Below, one piece after another: positions 33,512 through 43,628 of a stretch of DNA of 64,000 nt. The stretch is taken from the sequence record NC_049340.1; one strand, 5' to 3'. Both the position numbers and the translations under genes were made by a program. The notes beneath the pieces were generated by a model. That model saw only the letters and a list, made by a program, of their open reading frames with translations, was not told the DNA's origin and did not search any database. Numbering within the stretch: position 1 is the first letter of the stretch; every line of letters starts with the position of its first letter.

Positions 33512-33871
33512 ATGAAAACATTAAGAAACATTTTAATATTTGTATTGATGTTTGTAGCATCATATACGTTTGGTCAAGAACCAAACCAAGAACAAAAAAA
33601 TGACATCAGTTTAATAATTCAGAAGAACACCAATGATTTATCCAAGCATATTGAAGTTAGATTTTTTGATGGTGACCTAATAGAAATTAAATCAACAAAG
33701 AATATTGAATATATTAGTGTTTTTAATTCAAATCAAAATATCTTCATCAAATATGGTGTTAATGATACTGTTAAATATATTCCAGTAAAATCATTAAACA
33801 AGGGTAGAAATATATTTGAATTGAAAGAACGAAAATATTATATAATGTTCAGCATAATAAAAAACAATTAA
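33512..33871 (+). CDS. secreted protein with T9SS type-A CTD-like domain
   Basis: Signal peptide MKTLRNILIFVLMFVASYTFG; C-terminal IEIK...ISVFNSN...IPVKSLNKG...FSIIKNN. Confidence 0.5.
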   Translation: MKTLRNILIFVLMFVASYTFGQEPNQEQKNDISLIIQKNTNDLSKHIEVRFFDGDLIEIKSTKNIEYISVFNSNQNIFIKYGVNDTVKYIPVKSLNKGRNIFELKERKYYIMFSIIKNN

Positions 33872-34031
33872 ACATTTATGAGTGTAATTTTAATGCATGA
33901 TACGATTAAGAACATCGAATCAAAAAACAGGCAAGATATTTTAGTTTATTTACAAAATAACTTCGATATCGTAAAAGAGAACGCACAATGTAATCGAAAT
34001 GGTGCAAAGTATTACTTATTAAAATCAAAGG

Positions 34032-34075
34032 AATAATGAATAACACAGAATTAATATTAAACTTATTACAAGGTA
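34032..34075 (+). repeat. 44 bp direct repeat, copy 1 (copy 2 at 35555-35598)
   Basis: aataatgaataacacagaattaatattaaacttattacaaggta is identical in both copies. Confidence 0.95.
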
Positions 34076-34239
34076 TCAGAATACAGGCAACGTTAAAAAC
34101 AATTTACGAAGGAGTAAAAGGGCAATATTATGGAGGAGAAGAAGCTTGGGAATTTATTAAAAATTATAGTGGTTTTGACTTAAAAGAGATTTTAACAAAA
34201 ATAGCTAACAAAAGAACACTAGAATATGGAGCTAAATAA
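34036..34239 (+). pseudogene. chimera: phage gene start fused to the C-terminal fragment of an ApaLI/XbaI-family restriction endonuclease
   Basis: First 13 codons equal those of ORF 35559; the remainder IRIQATLKTIYEGVKGQYYGGEEAWEFIKNYSGFDLKEILTKIA resembles RE_ApaLI-family C-termini. Confidence 0.6.
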
Positions 34240-35473
34240 AATATACAAAGGGAATTGCATAAAAAGATTAGCTGAATTAGAATCTAATACAGTTGACTTA
34301 ATATATTTTGACCCACCATTTTTTACACAAAAAAACACACTTTAGTAACAAGAGACGAAAGTAAAAAATATGAATTTAGTGATAATTGGCAGTCTTTAGA
34401 GGATTATCTACATTTAATAGAATCTTGTCTTATTGAGTGTAAACGAGTGCTTAAAAATTCAGGAAGTGTTTTTCTACACTGCGACAAAGTTGCTTCTCAT
34501 TATATTAGAGTAAAGTTAGACAAAGTTTTTGGTATGAAAAACTTTAGAAGCGAAATTATTTGGAGTTATAAAAGATGGTCAAATTCAAAAAAAGGTCTTT
34601 TAAACTCTCACCAAAATATATATTTCTACTCAAAAAGTAAAGATTTCAAATTTAATAAATACTTCACAAATTACGCACCAACTACCAATATTGACCAAAT
34701 TTTACAAGACAGAGCAAAAAACGTCTAATGGAAAATCTGTTTATAAAACAGATAAAAATGGAAAGATTGTTTTAGGTAAAGAGAAAAAAGGCGTTCCATT
34801 GTCTGATACTTGGGAAATTCCATATTTAAATCCTAAGGCAAAAGAAAGAGTTGGTTATCCAACCCAAAAACCAGTTTTATTACTTAAAGAGATTATTAAG
34901 ATTGTTACAAACAAAGGAGATTTAGTTGTTGACCCATTTTGTGGTAGTGGAACTACTTGTGTTGCTGCAAAATCAATGGAAAGAGATTTTATTGGAATAG
35001 ACGTTTCAAAAGATGCTGTAGAACTCGCTAATAGAAGATTAGAAGAAATGATTATTACTGACTCTGCTCTTTTAAATAAAGGTTATCAAAGTTATCTTGA
35101 AAAGTCAGATTACGAATCAGCTCTTTTAAAAAGTATAGACGCTTTACCTGTACAAAGAAATTCAGGGATTGACGGTTTTTTAAAAAATCATTTTAACGAA
35201 AAACCAGTTCCAGTAAAAATTCAAGGTAAAAATGAAACCTTGAATTATGCAATCAAAAAACTTGAAAAATCTTGTCAAGGAAAAGATTATGATTTAAAAA
35301 TTGTTATTCAAACTAGAAAAGAAGCTAAAGGAAACCGATTATTTGAATTAGTATCTGACGTAGAAATAATCAAGTCCGATAAATTGAAAATTGAGGAGTT
35401 GAAAACAAAGAGTACTGTGCCATTAAAAGAATATAAAGACCGTGAACCTGATTTCATGGAAAAAGACGATTAG
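34226..35473 (+). CDS. beta-class N6A/N4C DNA methyltransferase (bacterial R-M origin), two apparent A-run frameshifts
   Basis: DLIYFDPPF (motif IV) before YPTQKP and VVDPFCGSGTT (motif I); frameshifts at 34329-34335 and 34716-34721. Confidence 0.9.
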
Positions 35474-35556
35474 AATCCATGATAAAAACAACAATAGAAA
35501 TAACATTAGCATCCTCTAGTAATTCACATGATAAAAGGATGAATTTAATAAATAAA
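35421..35556 (+). repeat. 136 bp direct repeat, copy 1 (copy 2 at 36031-36166, one mismatch)
   Basis: cattaaaagaatataaagaccgtgaacc...gaatttaataaataaa. Confidence 0.95.
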
Positions 35557-35558
35557 TA

Positions 35559-36083
35559 ATGAATAACACAGAATTAATATTAAACTTATTACAAGGTAAA
35601 CAGTTTAAATATATGTTTACAGGAATGGTTGATGTAAATGAACGTATGTCCGAATCATATGAATTAAAAACGTATGATAATACTGGTACAGATACTATTC
35701 ATAGATTAAAGGTAGTTCCAACTAAATATAGTGCATCTGAATACACTAACATGAGAGAGTGTAAATGTGCTAATGTTGTTGTTGGTGGAGTTAAAGAAAT
35801 TCTAACAGGTAAACCATTTGGTGTTGGTTCTGAAATATATAAGGCTAGAATTTTAGTACATAACATAATTTTAGACCAATATTGTTCTATTCCAGTATTT
35901 GAGTTATATAATGATAATATCAAAGAAGTAAAAGTATTTAACATGGATGTCAAGCGTGGTGAGCAATCATTACATAGTATTACCATTACAATGTTTAGTG
36001 GTATTGAGATAAGATTATCTAGTATTGAAACATTAAAAGAATATAAAGACCGTGAACCTGATTTCATGGAAAAAGACGATTAG
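35559..36083 (+). CDS. hypothetical protein (intact copy of the duplicated gene)
   Basis: Its first and last codons are reused around the MTase insert. Confidence 0.6.
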   Translation: MNNTELILNLLQGKQFKYMFTGMVDVNERMSESYELKTYDNTGTDTIHRLKVVPTKYSASEYTNMRECKCANVVVGGVKEILTGKPFGVGSEIYKARILVHNIILDQYCSIPVFELYNDNIKEVKVFNMDVKRGEQSLHSITITMFSGIEIRLSSIETLKEYKDREPDFMEKDD

Positions 36084-36088
36084 AAACC

Positions 36089-36514
36089 ATGATAAAAACA
36101 ACAATAGAAATAACATTAGCATCCTCTAGTAATTCACATGATAAAAGGATGAATTTAATAAATAAAAGCCAAACAAAAATTTTGGATTACCTTGATAAGA
36201 GGTTATTTAAGTATAATGTAAGAACAAGTGATTCTGATAATATACTACAAATAGTTAATAGTAGTATAGAGGACACTAAAGGTACTTACGAGGTATATCC
36301 AACAAAGTTAACATTCAATATAGAATATAAAACACAAAGTGAATTAGGTTCTTTATTGAAGACCAATGAACGAAATAAGGTTAGGTTATTAAATACTTAT
36401 GTATCAAAAAATAACCAAGAAATTACATCAATTGTAAATAAGTTGGTTAAAAATCTTAATAGATGGTATTCAGGTAATTTAATTAACCAAGAAATTAAAA
36501 TCACAAATGAGTAA
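36089..36514 (+). CDS. hypothetical protein
   Basis: ORF coupled to DHFR. Confidence 0.5.
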   Translation: MIKTTIEITLASSSNSHDKRMNLINKSQTKILDYLDKRLFKYNVRTSDSDNILQIVNSSIEDTKGTYEVYPTKLTFNIEYKTQSELGSLLKTNERNKVRLLNTYVSKNNQEITSIVNKLVKNLNRWYSGNLINQEIKITNE

Positions 36515-37078
36515 AATAAAATTAATATCAGCAGTATCAAGAAACGGAATAATAGGAAAGAATAATACTCTTATTTGGAAGTTAAGAAAAGACCTAGCTT
36601 GGTTTAAGAAACAAACATTAAATACTGTTATGATAATGGGTAGAAGTACATTTGAATCACTTCCATCATTATTACCAAATCGTGAGCATTGGATATTATC
36701 TAGAACCATGAATATACAACCAATGGTAGAGTAAATTCAAAACAAAGAGTAAGAGTATTTAGGTCATATGAAGAAGCTATTACAGAAGCAAAAGAGCGAG
36801 GTTTAGACGTTTCTGTTATCGGTGGGTCAAAAGTTTATGAAACTGCCTTAAATCTACATGAGAAAGGCAAATATAAGCTGTATGAAGTTCTATTAACTGA
36901 ATTAGAATCTATTGTTCTTGGTGATACTTACTTCCCACATTTTGAGAAGAAGAATTTTCATAAACATACTCTTGGAGTTGAAGAAGAGTTTTGTGATATA
37001 ACCAAGGTTAATTATAAAATGTCATTTACTAAGTATGTTCCAAAAACTATTGTTCGTAAATTGGGTGAAAAGTATTAG
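36507..37078 (+). CDS. folA: dihydrofolate reductase, apparent frameshift near 36711
   Basis: LISAVSRNGIIGKNNTLIW, DLAWFK, IMGRSTFESL, LLPNRE; after the shift SVIGGSKVY and GDTYFP. Confidence 0.9.
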
Positions 37079-37197
37079 GTAAAAATGTTGTAGTCAAAGA
37101 TAATTCACCAAAATCAATTGAGAATATTGCATTAGATTTTTATAAATTTCCATTCAAACTACATAACGAAATTAGGGTTTTATGTGATGATAATTCA

Positions 37198-37509
37198 ATG
37201 GCATTTGATTTTTGTCATAGGGTTACACAAAATGCATTTGGTGGTAAAGGTATAGTGTTGGGTCAGCAGACCAAAGATAAGATTGTAAGACGTATTAATA
37301 ATGACCATACAGTTACATTTAATACAAAGTTTAGGTACAACAAATCAAAACAACACTTAGAGTGTTTAACGGACATTAATAATGATGAATGGAAGCCATT
37401 TGCATTAGTTCGTGGGTGGGGTAAATTACACACTAAGATGTCAATTGAAGACTCTGCAATAGTTCAGGATACATTCGCACAAATGATAGTTAATAAACTA
37501 AACGCATAA
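37198..37509 (+). CDS. hypothetical protein (frame open further upstream)
   Basis: ORF. Confidence 0.45.
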   Translation: MAFDFCHRVTQNAFGGKGIVLGQQTKDKIVRRINNDHTVTFNTKFRYNKSKQHLECLTDINNDEWKPFALVRGWGKLHTKMSIEDSAIVQDTFAQMIVNKLNA

Positions 37510-37549
37510 ATTAAAACATACATTGTTTAATACATAAAAAGATAATATT

Positions 37550-38139
37550 ATGGAAATGGTAATAGATTCATTAGAGAGAAGAGCAAGAGAATTTTTCTTT
37601 AAAGCACACAATGACACAAATCATACATACGGTGATAAACCATATACATTCCACTTGGAACATACTGCGGATGTTGCTAGAAAGTTCGGTTATATTTTAG
37701 AAACACCTGAACGCATTTCAAAAGCTATCGCATGTGCATATGGACATGATGCTGTATCTGATGCTAGGGTATCACGCAATGATATTTATAAAAATCTAGG
37801 TGATATTGATGTTGCTAATATTTGTTCTGATTTGGTTGAGGATATGCATGGATATGTTCGTGATGATAGAAATAGTGATGCATATTATGCTAGAATTAAG
37901 AAGACTGTAATTGGTGTTTTCGTAAAATTGTGTGACCGAATTGCCAATTTAGAAAATGGTATTTGGGAGGGTGGTACAATGTCAATAAAATATAAACAAG
38001 AGATTTTCAAGTTTTATGAAAATTATATCATCCACTTTTTGATGATATGTGGGAATATTTATTCTCATTAGTGGATAATGTAAATTTACCATCAATTGAA
38101 AACTCATATAAACAATTAAGAAATAATTATAAACAATAA
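37550..38139 (+). CDS. SpoT/Mesh1-like HD hydrolase (small alarmone hydrolase-like), apparent frameshift near 38020
   Basis: KAHND...YGDKPYTFHL, AYGHDAVSD, VKLCDRIANL. Confidence 0.75.
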
Positions 38140-38149
38140 ATTATATAGA

Positions 38150-38809
38150 ATGAAGTTACGAGTATTACAAGTTGGTAGCGAAAACCAAGTAAAAATTAAA
38201 AAAGCAACAAGTTCAGTTGTTGTTGAAACATTTAGTGGTGTTGAGAATGAAAGTGTTATTTCTGTAACAGAAGAGAACACAACACCAAAATTAAATGATA
38301 TTTTAACAGCACAAGTTGATGTTACAGGATTTTCAGATTTAATGTTGACCGATGCATTAAATGTTGTTAATGTTTATGATGAGACAAGACAACGATTAGA
38401 GAATACATATGCTATTTTACAAACAACTGCTGATGGTACAAAACAATTATCTTTTGTTATTGGTGGTGCTACTGGTGAAGTAAAAGAAACCAAATTAAAG
38501 AAAGGTGAGTATTTTATTGACGTTGCTATGATGGTTGAAGATAAGTCAATTTCAATGGATGCATATACATTTATGGTTGCACGTGTTCAATCTGTAGAAA
38601 AGGAATTAAGTGACATCCAAGAAGTTATTTATGGTGATTGTGTACAACGTGTTAACAATTTATTACGTGAGGGTACACCTATCAAAGATGTTAAAAATTC
38701 CGTAAGAGAATATTTTGAACCATTAGATGGTACTAAATTAGAAGATTTATCAAATAAAGTTATTGCTGAAATTAATTTAGCTGTAGCAAAACAAGCTGAA
38801 CAAATATAA
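38150..38809 (+). CDS. hypothetical protein
   Basis: 219 aa ORF. Confidence 0.55.
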   Translation: MKLRVLQVGSENQVKIKKATSSVVVETFSGVENESVISVTEENTTPKLNDILTAQVDVTGFSDLMLTDALNVVNVYDETRQRLENTYAILQTTADGTKQLSFVIGGATGEVKETKLKKGEYFIDVAMMVEDKSISMDAYTFMVARVQSVEKELSDIQEVIYGDCVQRVNNLLREGTPIKDVKNSVREYFEPLDGTKLEDLSNKVIAEINLAVAKQAEQI

Positions 38810-38812
38810 TAG

Positions 38813-38843
38813 AAAAAATCCGAGGCATTGCCTCGGATTTTTT
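38813..38843. terminator. bidirectional terminator between convergent operons
   Basis: aaaaaatccgaggc-att-gcctcggattttt. Confidence 0.8.
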
Positions 38844-39126
38844 ATTTACTTTTAATAACACCACTTACCGGGCCGTTAGGCGCACTAAGACCACTAACAT
38901 CAAAATCTTGACTAGTGATATAATCATCAATTATTGTTGCTAGTTTATTAGATAACACATCAGCAAACGTATTTGCTGTAGCCTCACTAACCTTACTGAT
39001 AACTACTTCCATACTATCATTTTCATTTACGATATTTGGGTCAAATGATTTTGCGGTTGCTTGTTTCTGTGCATCTTTAAAGACACTCTTTAAATCTGAA
39101 CTCAATTTATTTTTATTTCTAGCCAT
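38842..39126 (-). CDS. small baseplate/spike-associated protein
   Basis: Immediately downstream of the gp5-like gene; ends GLSAPNGPVSGVI. Confidence 0.4.
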   Translation of the reverse strand: MARNKNKLSSDLKSVFKDAQKQATAKSFDPNIVNENDSMEVVISKVSEATANTFADVLSNKLATIIDDYITSQDFDVSGLSAPNGPVSGVIKSK

Positions 39127-39128
39127 GA

Positions 39129-39914
39129 TTAACTTGGTTTTGTTTTATCCACGGTAACAACTTGTGATTTAGTTTCGGGGAAAAAATTATTATTTTCTGA
39201 ATGTAAACTATTTATTTTTGATTTAACCTCAGCACCAAATCCTTTAAATATTGGTTTAAGTGGTTTAAGAACTGATACGAAACTACACACGGTTGCTAAT
39301 CTACTTGTCCATTTTTCAATCAATTCTGCAAGGGTTTTTATTTCATCATTAAGTTTCTGTAGTGCGGTCATATTATCATTTCCAACAACTGCTGGTTGTT
39401 GTGATTTATCCTCACGTCCTATTGAAATATTATCCTTTGCTAAGTGTACTACTTGGTTACTACCTGCATTCTTAATAAATATTGTATTATCAGGACGAAT
39501 AATAAATGTACTATTTTTATTATTCTTTTCAAGTTCTAACACAACACCCTCACTTTCAGTAAAACTAACTCTAACTTTACCTTTGAGGTTATAACGTTCT
39601 AGGTCTTTTTCTAGTAATATTGATGCTGTTGTATAATCATCTTTCTTAACTTTACCTTTGTATGTACTTCTCTTTCTATACCATACAGGCATATAAGCAA
39701 CATTATATGGAAATTCAACGAATACAATTTCACCTTGTGCTGGTAGGTCGTGTTCTATTATATCTTGTTTTGATTCTGCCCATGGAATTAATTCAACATC
39801 CAAATCATCAAAAACAGTTTGTACACGCACTTTAATTCGACCAGCTTGTAGTGGGTCATCCGTTTGCACAACTACACCAAAAAATACTTCACTATTATTA
39901 ATTTTTTTAAACAT
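39129..39914 (-). CDS. baseplate central spike, gp5/VgrG OB-fold
   Basis: FFGVVVQTDDPLQAGRIKVRV...IPWA, P..GEIVFVEF. Confidence 0.8.
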   Translation of the reverse strand: MFKKINNSEVFFGVVVQTDDPLQAGRIKVRVQTVFDDLDVELIPWAESKQDIIEHDLPAQGEIVFVEFPYNVAYMPVWYRKRSTYKGKVKKDDYTTASILLEKDLERYNLKGKVRVSFTESEGVVLELEKNNKNSTFIIRPDNTIFIKNAGSNQVVHLAKDNISIGREDKSQQPAVVGNDNMTALQKLNDEIKTLAELIEKWTSRLATVCSFVSVLKPLKPIFKGFGAEVKSKINSLHSENNNFFPETKSQVVTVDKTKPS

Positions 39915-39922
39915 ATTGTATC

Positions 39923-41128
39923 TTAATTATAAACGTTACCAAGGTCTCCACCAGTTCTTTGGTTGTGCTTTAAACTTGGTATATCACTCATTTGACCTAG
40001 TGTTTGTCCTGCATTTATAACATCATCAACACCAAATCCATAAACATTACCTAAATATAAACCACTAACAGCACCTCGTATTCTTTCTATTGCATCAGAT
40101 GCTGTTGCTGTACCGAAGTCTTCAACTTTAGTACGCCACTTATCAACATCAAGAAAGTCATTTACATTTACTTTGGTTCTAATAATATCCACACCACTAC
40201 GACTTAATAGGTTTCTTTTAGAGAAAAATGAATCATCTGTAACAACATTATTTACATTTGTGGTAGCCATTGATGCTAATGCTTTACTTCCAATTTGTGC
40301 GTTACCTAATAGTGATTTAAATAAACCACTTATATCATATTGTTCAAATTTAATTGCCAAGTTATTAAGGTTTGCATCCGACCTATTATTTGAAACACTT
40401 TCAAAGAAAGCACCACCACTAGGTGCATCGAATTGACAATAACCTAAATCAAATAGTGTGTGATTTAATTGAGTGATATTCGTATTTTCAATTGTTTGTA
40501 GAAATTCTATAGATGATGCATTCAAATCACTAAATACTCTATAATCATATACGAATATTGACATTGAAAACTGCCTTAAATTCTTTGGTAATATCCACTT
40601 TCTATTGTGGTGGTCATATGCTATAGATTTATACATTTGCGCAATACTACCAATTTTATTATCTACAGTTTCAAGGCATAAAATATTTAGTTGATGTTCT
40701 TTATAAATTTCCTCGAATGGTTCTGTATATAATTCTTGCAATCCCTCAACATCCTGAAAAATCCATGGAGTTATTGAATTTACTTTAGAAAGTACATTAA
40801 TAAACCTTTTAAGTAATTCATACTTTTCTGTATATCCAATTCTTTTTAGGTATGCTAGAGCAGAATCAATATAAGTTTCATCAGCAAGTAAACCACTTGT
40901 TGCATCAAAATGAAAGAACAATTTAAATCCTGAATATGTTGGGTCTGTAAGTACTTTAAACGTATCAAGAGAATTATCAATATCAGATACTACATTAACA
41001 AAGTTCTCTATTCCGTAATTAGAATTGTAAAGAATATTTTTATTTTTGTAGTTTAATATTTTTGAATCGGTTAAACGTTTTATCAAAGATTTTTGACCCT
41101 CAGAAATTGGTGTTAGTAAATTAGACAT
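39923..41128 (-). CDS. probable tail tube initiator/baseplate-tube junction protein (gp48/54-like)
   Basis: Tail context; LNILCLETVDNKI...LRQFSMSIFV tube-like pattern; TAATACAT upstream on the minus strand. Confidence 0.45.
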   Translation of the reverse strand: MSNLLTPISEGQKSLIKRLTDSKILNYKNKNILYNSNYGIENFVNVVSDIDNSLDTFKVLTDPTYSGFKLFFHFDATSGLLADETYIDSALAYLKRIGYTEKYELLKRFINVLSKVNSITPWIFQDVEGLQELYTEPFEEIYKEHQLNILCLETVDNKIGSIAQMYKSIAYDHHNRKWILPKNLRQFSMSIFVYDYRVFSDLNASSIEFLQTIENTNITQLNHTLFDLGYCQFDAPSGGAFFESVSNNRSDANLNNLAIKFEQYDISGLFKSLLGNAQIGSKALASMATTNVNNVVTDDSFFSKRNLLSRSGVDIIRTKVNVNDFLDVDKWRTKVEDFGTATASDAIERIRGAVSGLYLGNVYGFGVDDVINAGQTLGQMSDIPSLKHNQRTGGDLGNVYN

Positions 41129-41173
41129 AGGTTTGTTTTATACTATGTATTATATAAAACAATTATACAAAAT

Positions 41174-42667
41174 ATGCTTATAAACGTAACACAACAAGAT
41201 GCATCAGTAACATTATCATATGTTAAGAATAATCTTATAGAGGTTAAGACCTATCCAGTTTATCAATATAATGGTATAGGTACATATGATTATCGTATTG
41301 CTAGATATGATGGTGACCCTGATATCGTAAATAACTTGGTTCATTATAAAGATGATAAGAAAGTTAAGCGTGTCATGTCATATAAATTCGATTTTGATAC
41401 ACTAAGAGAATTTATCACACAAGTAATACCTGAGGAAGATAGAAATGAAATATTCACACTAGAAATGCCTGGCGCATATAAATGTGATATTGAAATTGCT
41501 GTAGGTGATGGTGAGATATTCCCTGACCCATATTTAGCCGAAATGGTTATTGATAGTATTCAAATAACCGCACCTAACCTAAATACGGTAACAATTACAT
41601 GTAATCCAAGAGTTAAAAAAGCTGGTACACCTGAGGGTGATAAACAAATAAATGATATTGAAGATGCCATAAATAAGCATTTTGAACAAGTTGATTTTGT
41701 TAAAACATTAACTGATAGGATTAAGTATTCACATATTGTATATGATACGGAAACTGAAATGTTAGAACGTTGGTGGCGATTAATTAATACAACATTACAT
41801 GCTGTTGGATTTTGGAATGGTAGTGGATTTGATGTTCCATACTTATGGAATAGGTGTAAAAAATTAGGTGTTGATGTTGGTATGGGTTCACCAACTGGTG
41901 AAGTATCTAATCGTGAAATGTGGTGTAGACATAGACATATTGTTGATGATATGCAGATTGTTGAAAACTTCTCACATGATTTGGGAACAAAACAATCACT
42001 TTCATTAGATTATATTAGTAATAGAATTTTTGGGGTTGGTAAAATACCATATGATGGTAGTTTTAGTGACTTATATAATGGTTGTATTATTAGATATATG
42101 ACGTATGGTGCTGTTGATACCATATTACAACAATTAATTGAACAAAACCGAAAATACTCAGCAGGTTCTGAGGCGATGGCATATTATTGTAAAATACCGA
42201 TTGTTGATGTTGGTAAAACAACTGCATTAGTTCACGCTGTTATTTGGGATGAGTTATATAAGCAGGGTAAGATAAATGCTGAGGAATATTTCAAAAAAGA
42301 AAAAACACCGTATGGTGGTGGTTTTGTTAAACAGCCAACACGAAAGTTTTGTATGTATCCAGTTGGTGTTGATTTTTCTGCACTATATCCAAGAGTTATA
42401 CAAACATGTAATATATCTTTTGAGAATTATATGGGTAGAGTTCGTGATAAAAAACATGCTGAGGAATTACGTGCGCAGGGATATTTTGTTGCTGTAAGTG
42501 GAAACTATTACAAGAATGATAAAACATATTGTTTAAAATCGGTACAAGATAAGTTTCTATCTGAGCGATATTTGTATAAGGACTTACAGTTTGCAATATG
42601 GCAAGAGGTTGTTCCAACACTAGAGGCTGAATTAAAACGTAGGGGAATAAACCCAAAGAAATTATAA
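41174..42667 (+). CDS. DNA polymerase B, part 1 (3'-5' exonuclease + motif A)
   Basis: CDIE (ExoI), WNGSGFDVPYL (ExoII), YGAVD (ExoIII), YGGGFV, VDFSALYP (motif A); ends within the fingers. Confidence 0.9.
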   Translation: MLINVTQQDASVTLSYVKNNLIEVKTYPVYQYNGIGTYDYRIARYDGDPDIVNNLVHYKDDKKVKRVMSYKFDFDTLREFITQVIPEEDRNEIFTLEMPGAYKCDIEIAVGDGEIFPDPYLAEMVIDSIQITAPNLNTVTITCNPRVKKAGTPEGDKQINDIEDAINKHFEQVDFVKTLTDRIKYSHIVYDTETEMLERWWRLINTTLHAVGFWNGSGFDVPYLWNRCKKLGVDVGMGSPTGEVSNREMWCRHRHIVDDMQIVENFSHDLGTKQSLSLDYISNRIFGVGKIPYDGSFSDLYNGCIIRYMTYGAVDTILQQLIEQNRKYSAGSEAMAYYCKIPIVDVGKTTALVHAVIWDELYKQGKINAEEYFKKEKTPYGGGFVKQPTRKFCMYPVGVDFSALYPRVIQTCNISFENYMGRVRDKKHAEELRAQGYFVAVSGNYYKNDKTYCLKSVQDKFLSERYLYKDLQFAIWQEVVPTLEAELKRRGINPKKL

Positions 42668-42718
42668 ATTTTTACTAACATTGTTTAATACATTAAAACA
42701 AAAATAATTTTATTCAAA

Positions 42719-43558
42719 ATGGAAAGTACACAAATCGTAAAATTAAAAAACGTAAAGTTAAGTGAACTACAGACAGCATTCAAACGTTCTTTATCTATTG
42801 GTGGTGAAACATTAAATTTTAAAATCACACCAACATCAATAACAAATGTAGCTGAACATTCAAGTCAATCATTATATAAAAAATGGGAATTGTCTTTAGG
42901 CGATGTTTGTGATAGTGTTGATGGTCAATTCAGAGAATTAAAAGTTGCTATCTATAGTGGTAATGAATTTGTATCAAAGATTTTAGGATTCTTTGGACAA
43001 TTAGCTGACTTAGAAATTCAACACGAAAATGGTAATGTTAATAAAATTAACATCATTAAGTTAGATGAAAAAGGTAAAAGACTTTTAAGGATTGCATTAG
43101 TTACGGCATCTGTTACATCTTCATATAAAGAAATTGATTCTGATATGGTTTCAAACATCTTTAATCCTGATATGGAAACAAAGGCTAGTTTAATTTTATC
43201 ACCTGATGATTTAAAACAATTAAATAACTTAGCTAAGTTAACAACGAATCCTGAGGAACAAACAAACTATATAACTATAAAATCAGAGAATGGTCAATTA
43301 GTTGCTACTGATGGTGCATTTGATATTGCATTACGTGATAGAACAGAAGAGTTGGATGCTATTGAGATTGATAAAGAATTATTCTCATGTATTGAGCATG
43401 AAAATTATACTGCATCTGTTTATGACCTTGGTGAGAGTGGTATGTTATTATTAAATTCTGAAAATTCAAATTCACAAATTGCTGTAGTATTATTATCTGA
43501 TGCTGATGATTCGGTATCATGGGATGATTTTGAAACTGACACAAACTGGGATAATTAA
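42719..43558 (+). CDS. probable sliding clamp (gp45/PCNA-like)
   Basis: 279 aa two-domain size; LSPDDLKQL..LAKL and ITIKSENGQLVATD resemble T4 gp45; acidic tail; polymerase context. Confidence 0.55.
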   Translation: MESTQIVKLKNVKLSELQTAFKRSLSIGGETLNFKITPTSITNVAEHSSQSLYKKWELSLGDVCDSVDGQFRELKVAIYSGNEFVSKILGFFGQLADLEIQHENGNVNKINIIKLDEKGKRLLRIALVTASVTSSYKEIDSDMVSNIFNPDMETKASLILSPDDLKQLNNLAKLTTNPEEQTNYITIKSENGQLVATDGAFDIALRDRTEELDAIEIDKELFSCIEHENYTASVYDLGESGMLLLNSENSNSQIAVVLLSDADDSVSWDDFETDTNWDN

Positions 43559-43628
43559 TTTATGTAGTTTATTCTAAATATTATTAGGGCGCACTTCGTG
43601 CGCCCATTCATTAACTAAAACTATATAA

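Noticed and set aside
34226-35473. Phase-variable methyltransferase switched by A-tract slippage
   Set aside because: The runs are only 6-7 nt, and the same error pattern hits essential genes elsewhere. Not supportable without reads.
34032-36166. Insertion sequence with terminal repeats or target-site duplication
   Set aside because: No transposase and no inverted repeats. The direct repeats are the two ends of a phage gene, not a TSD.
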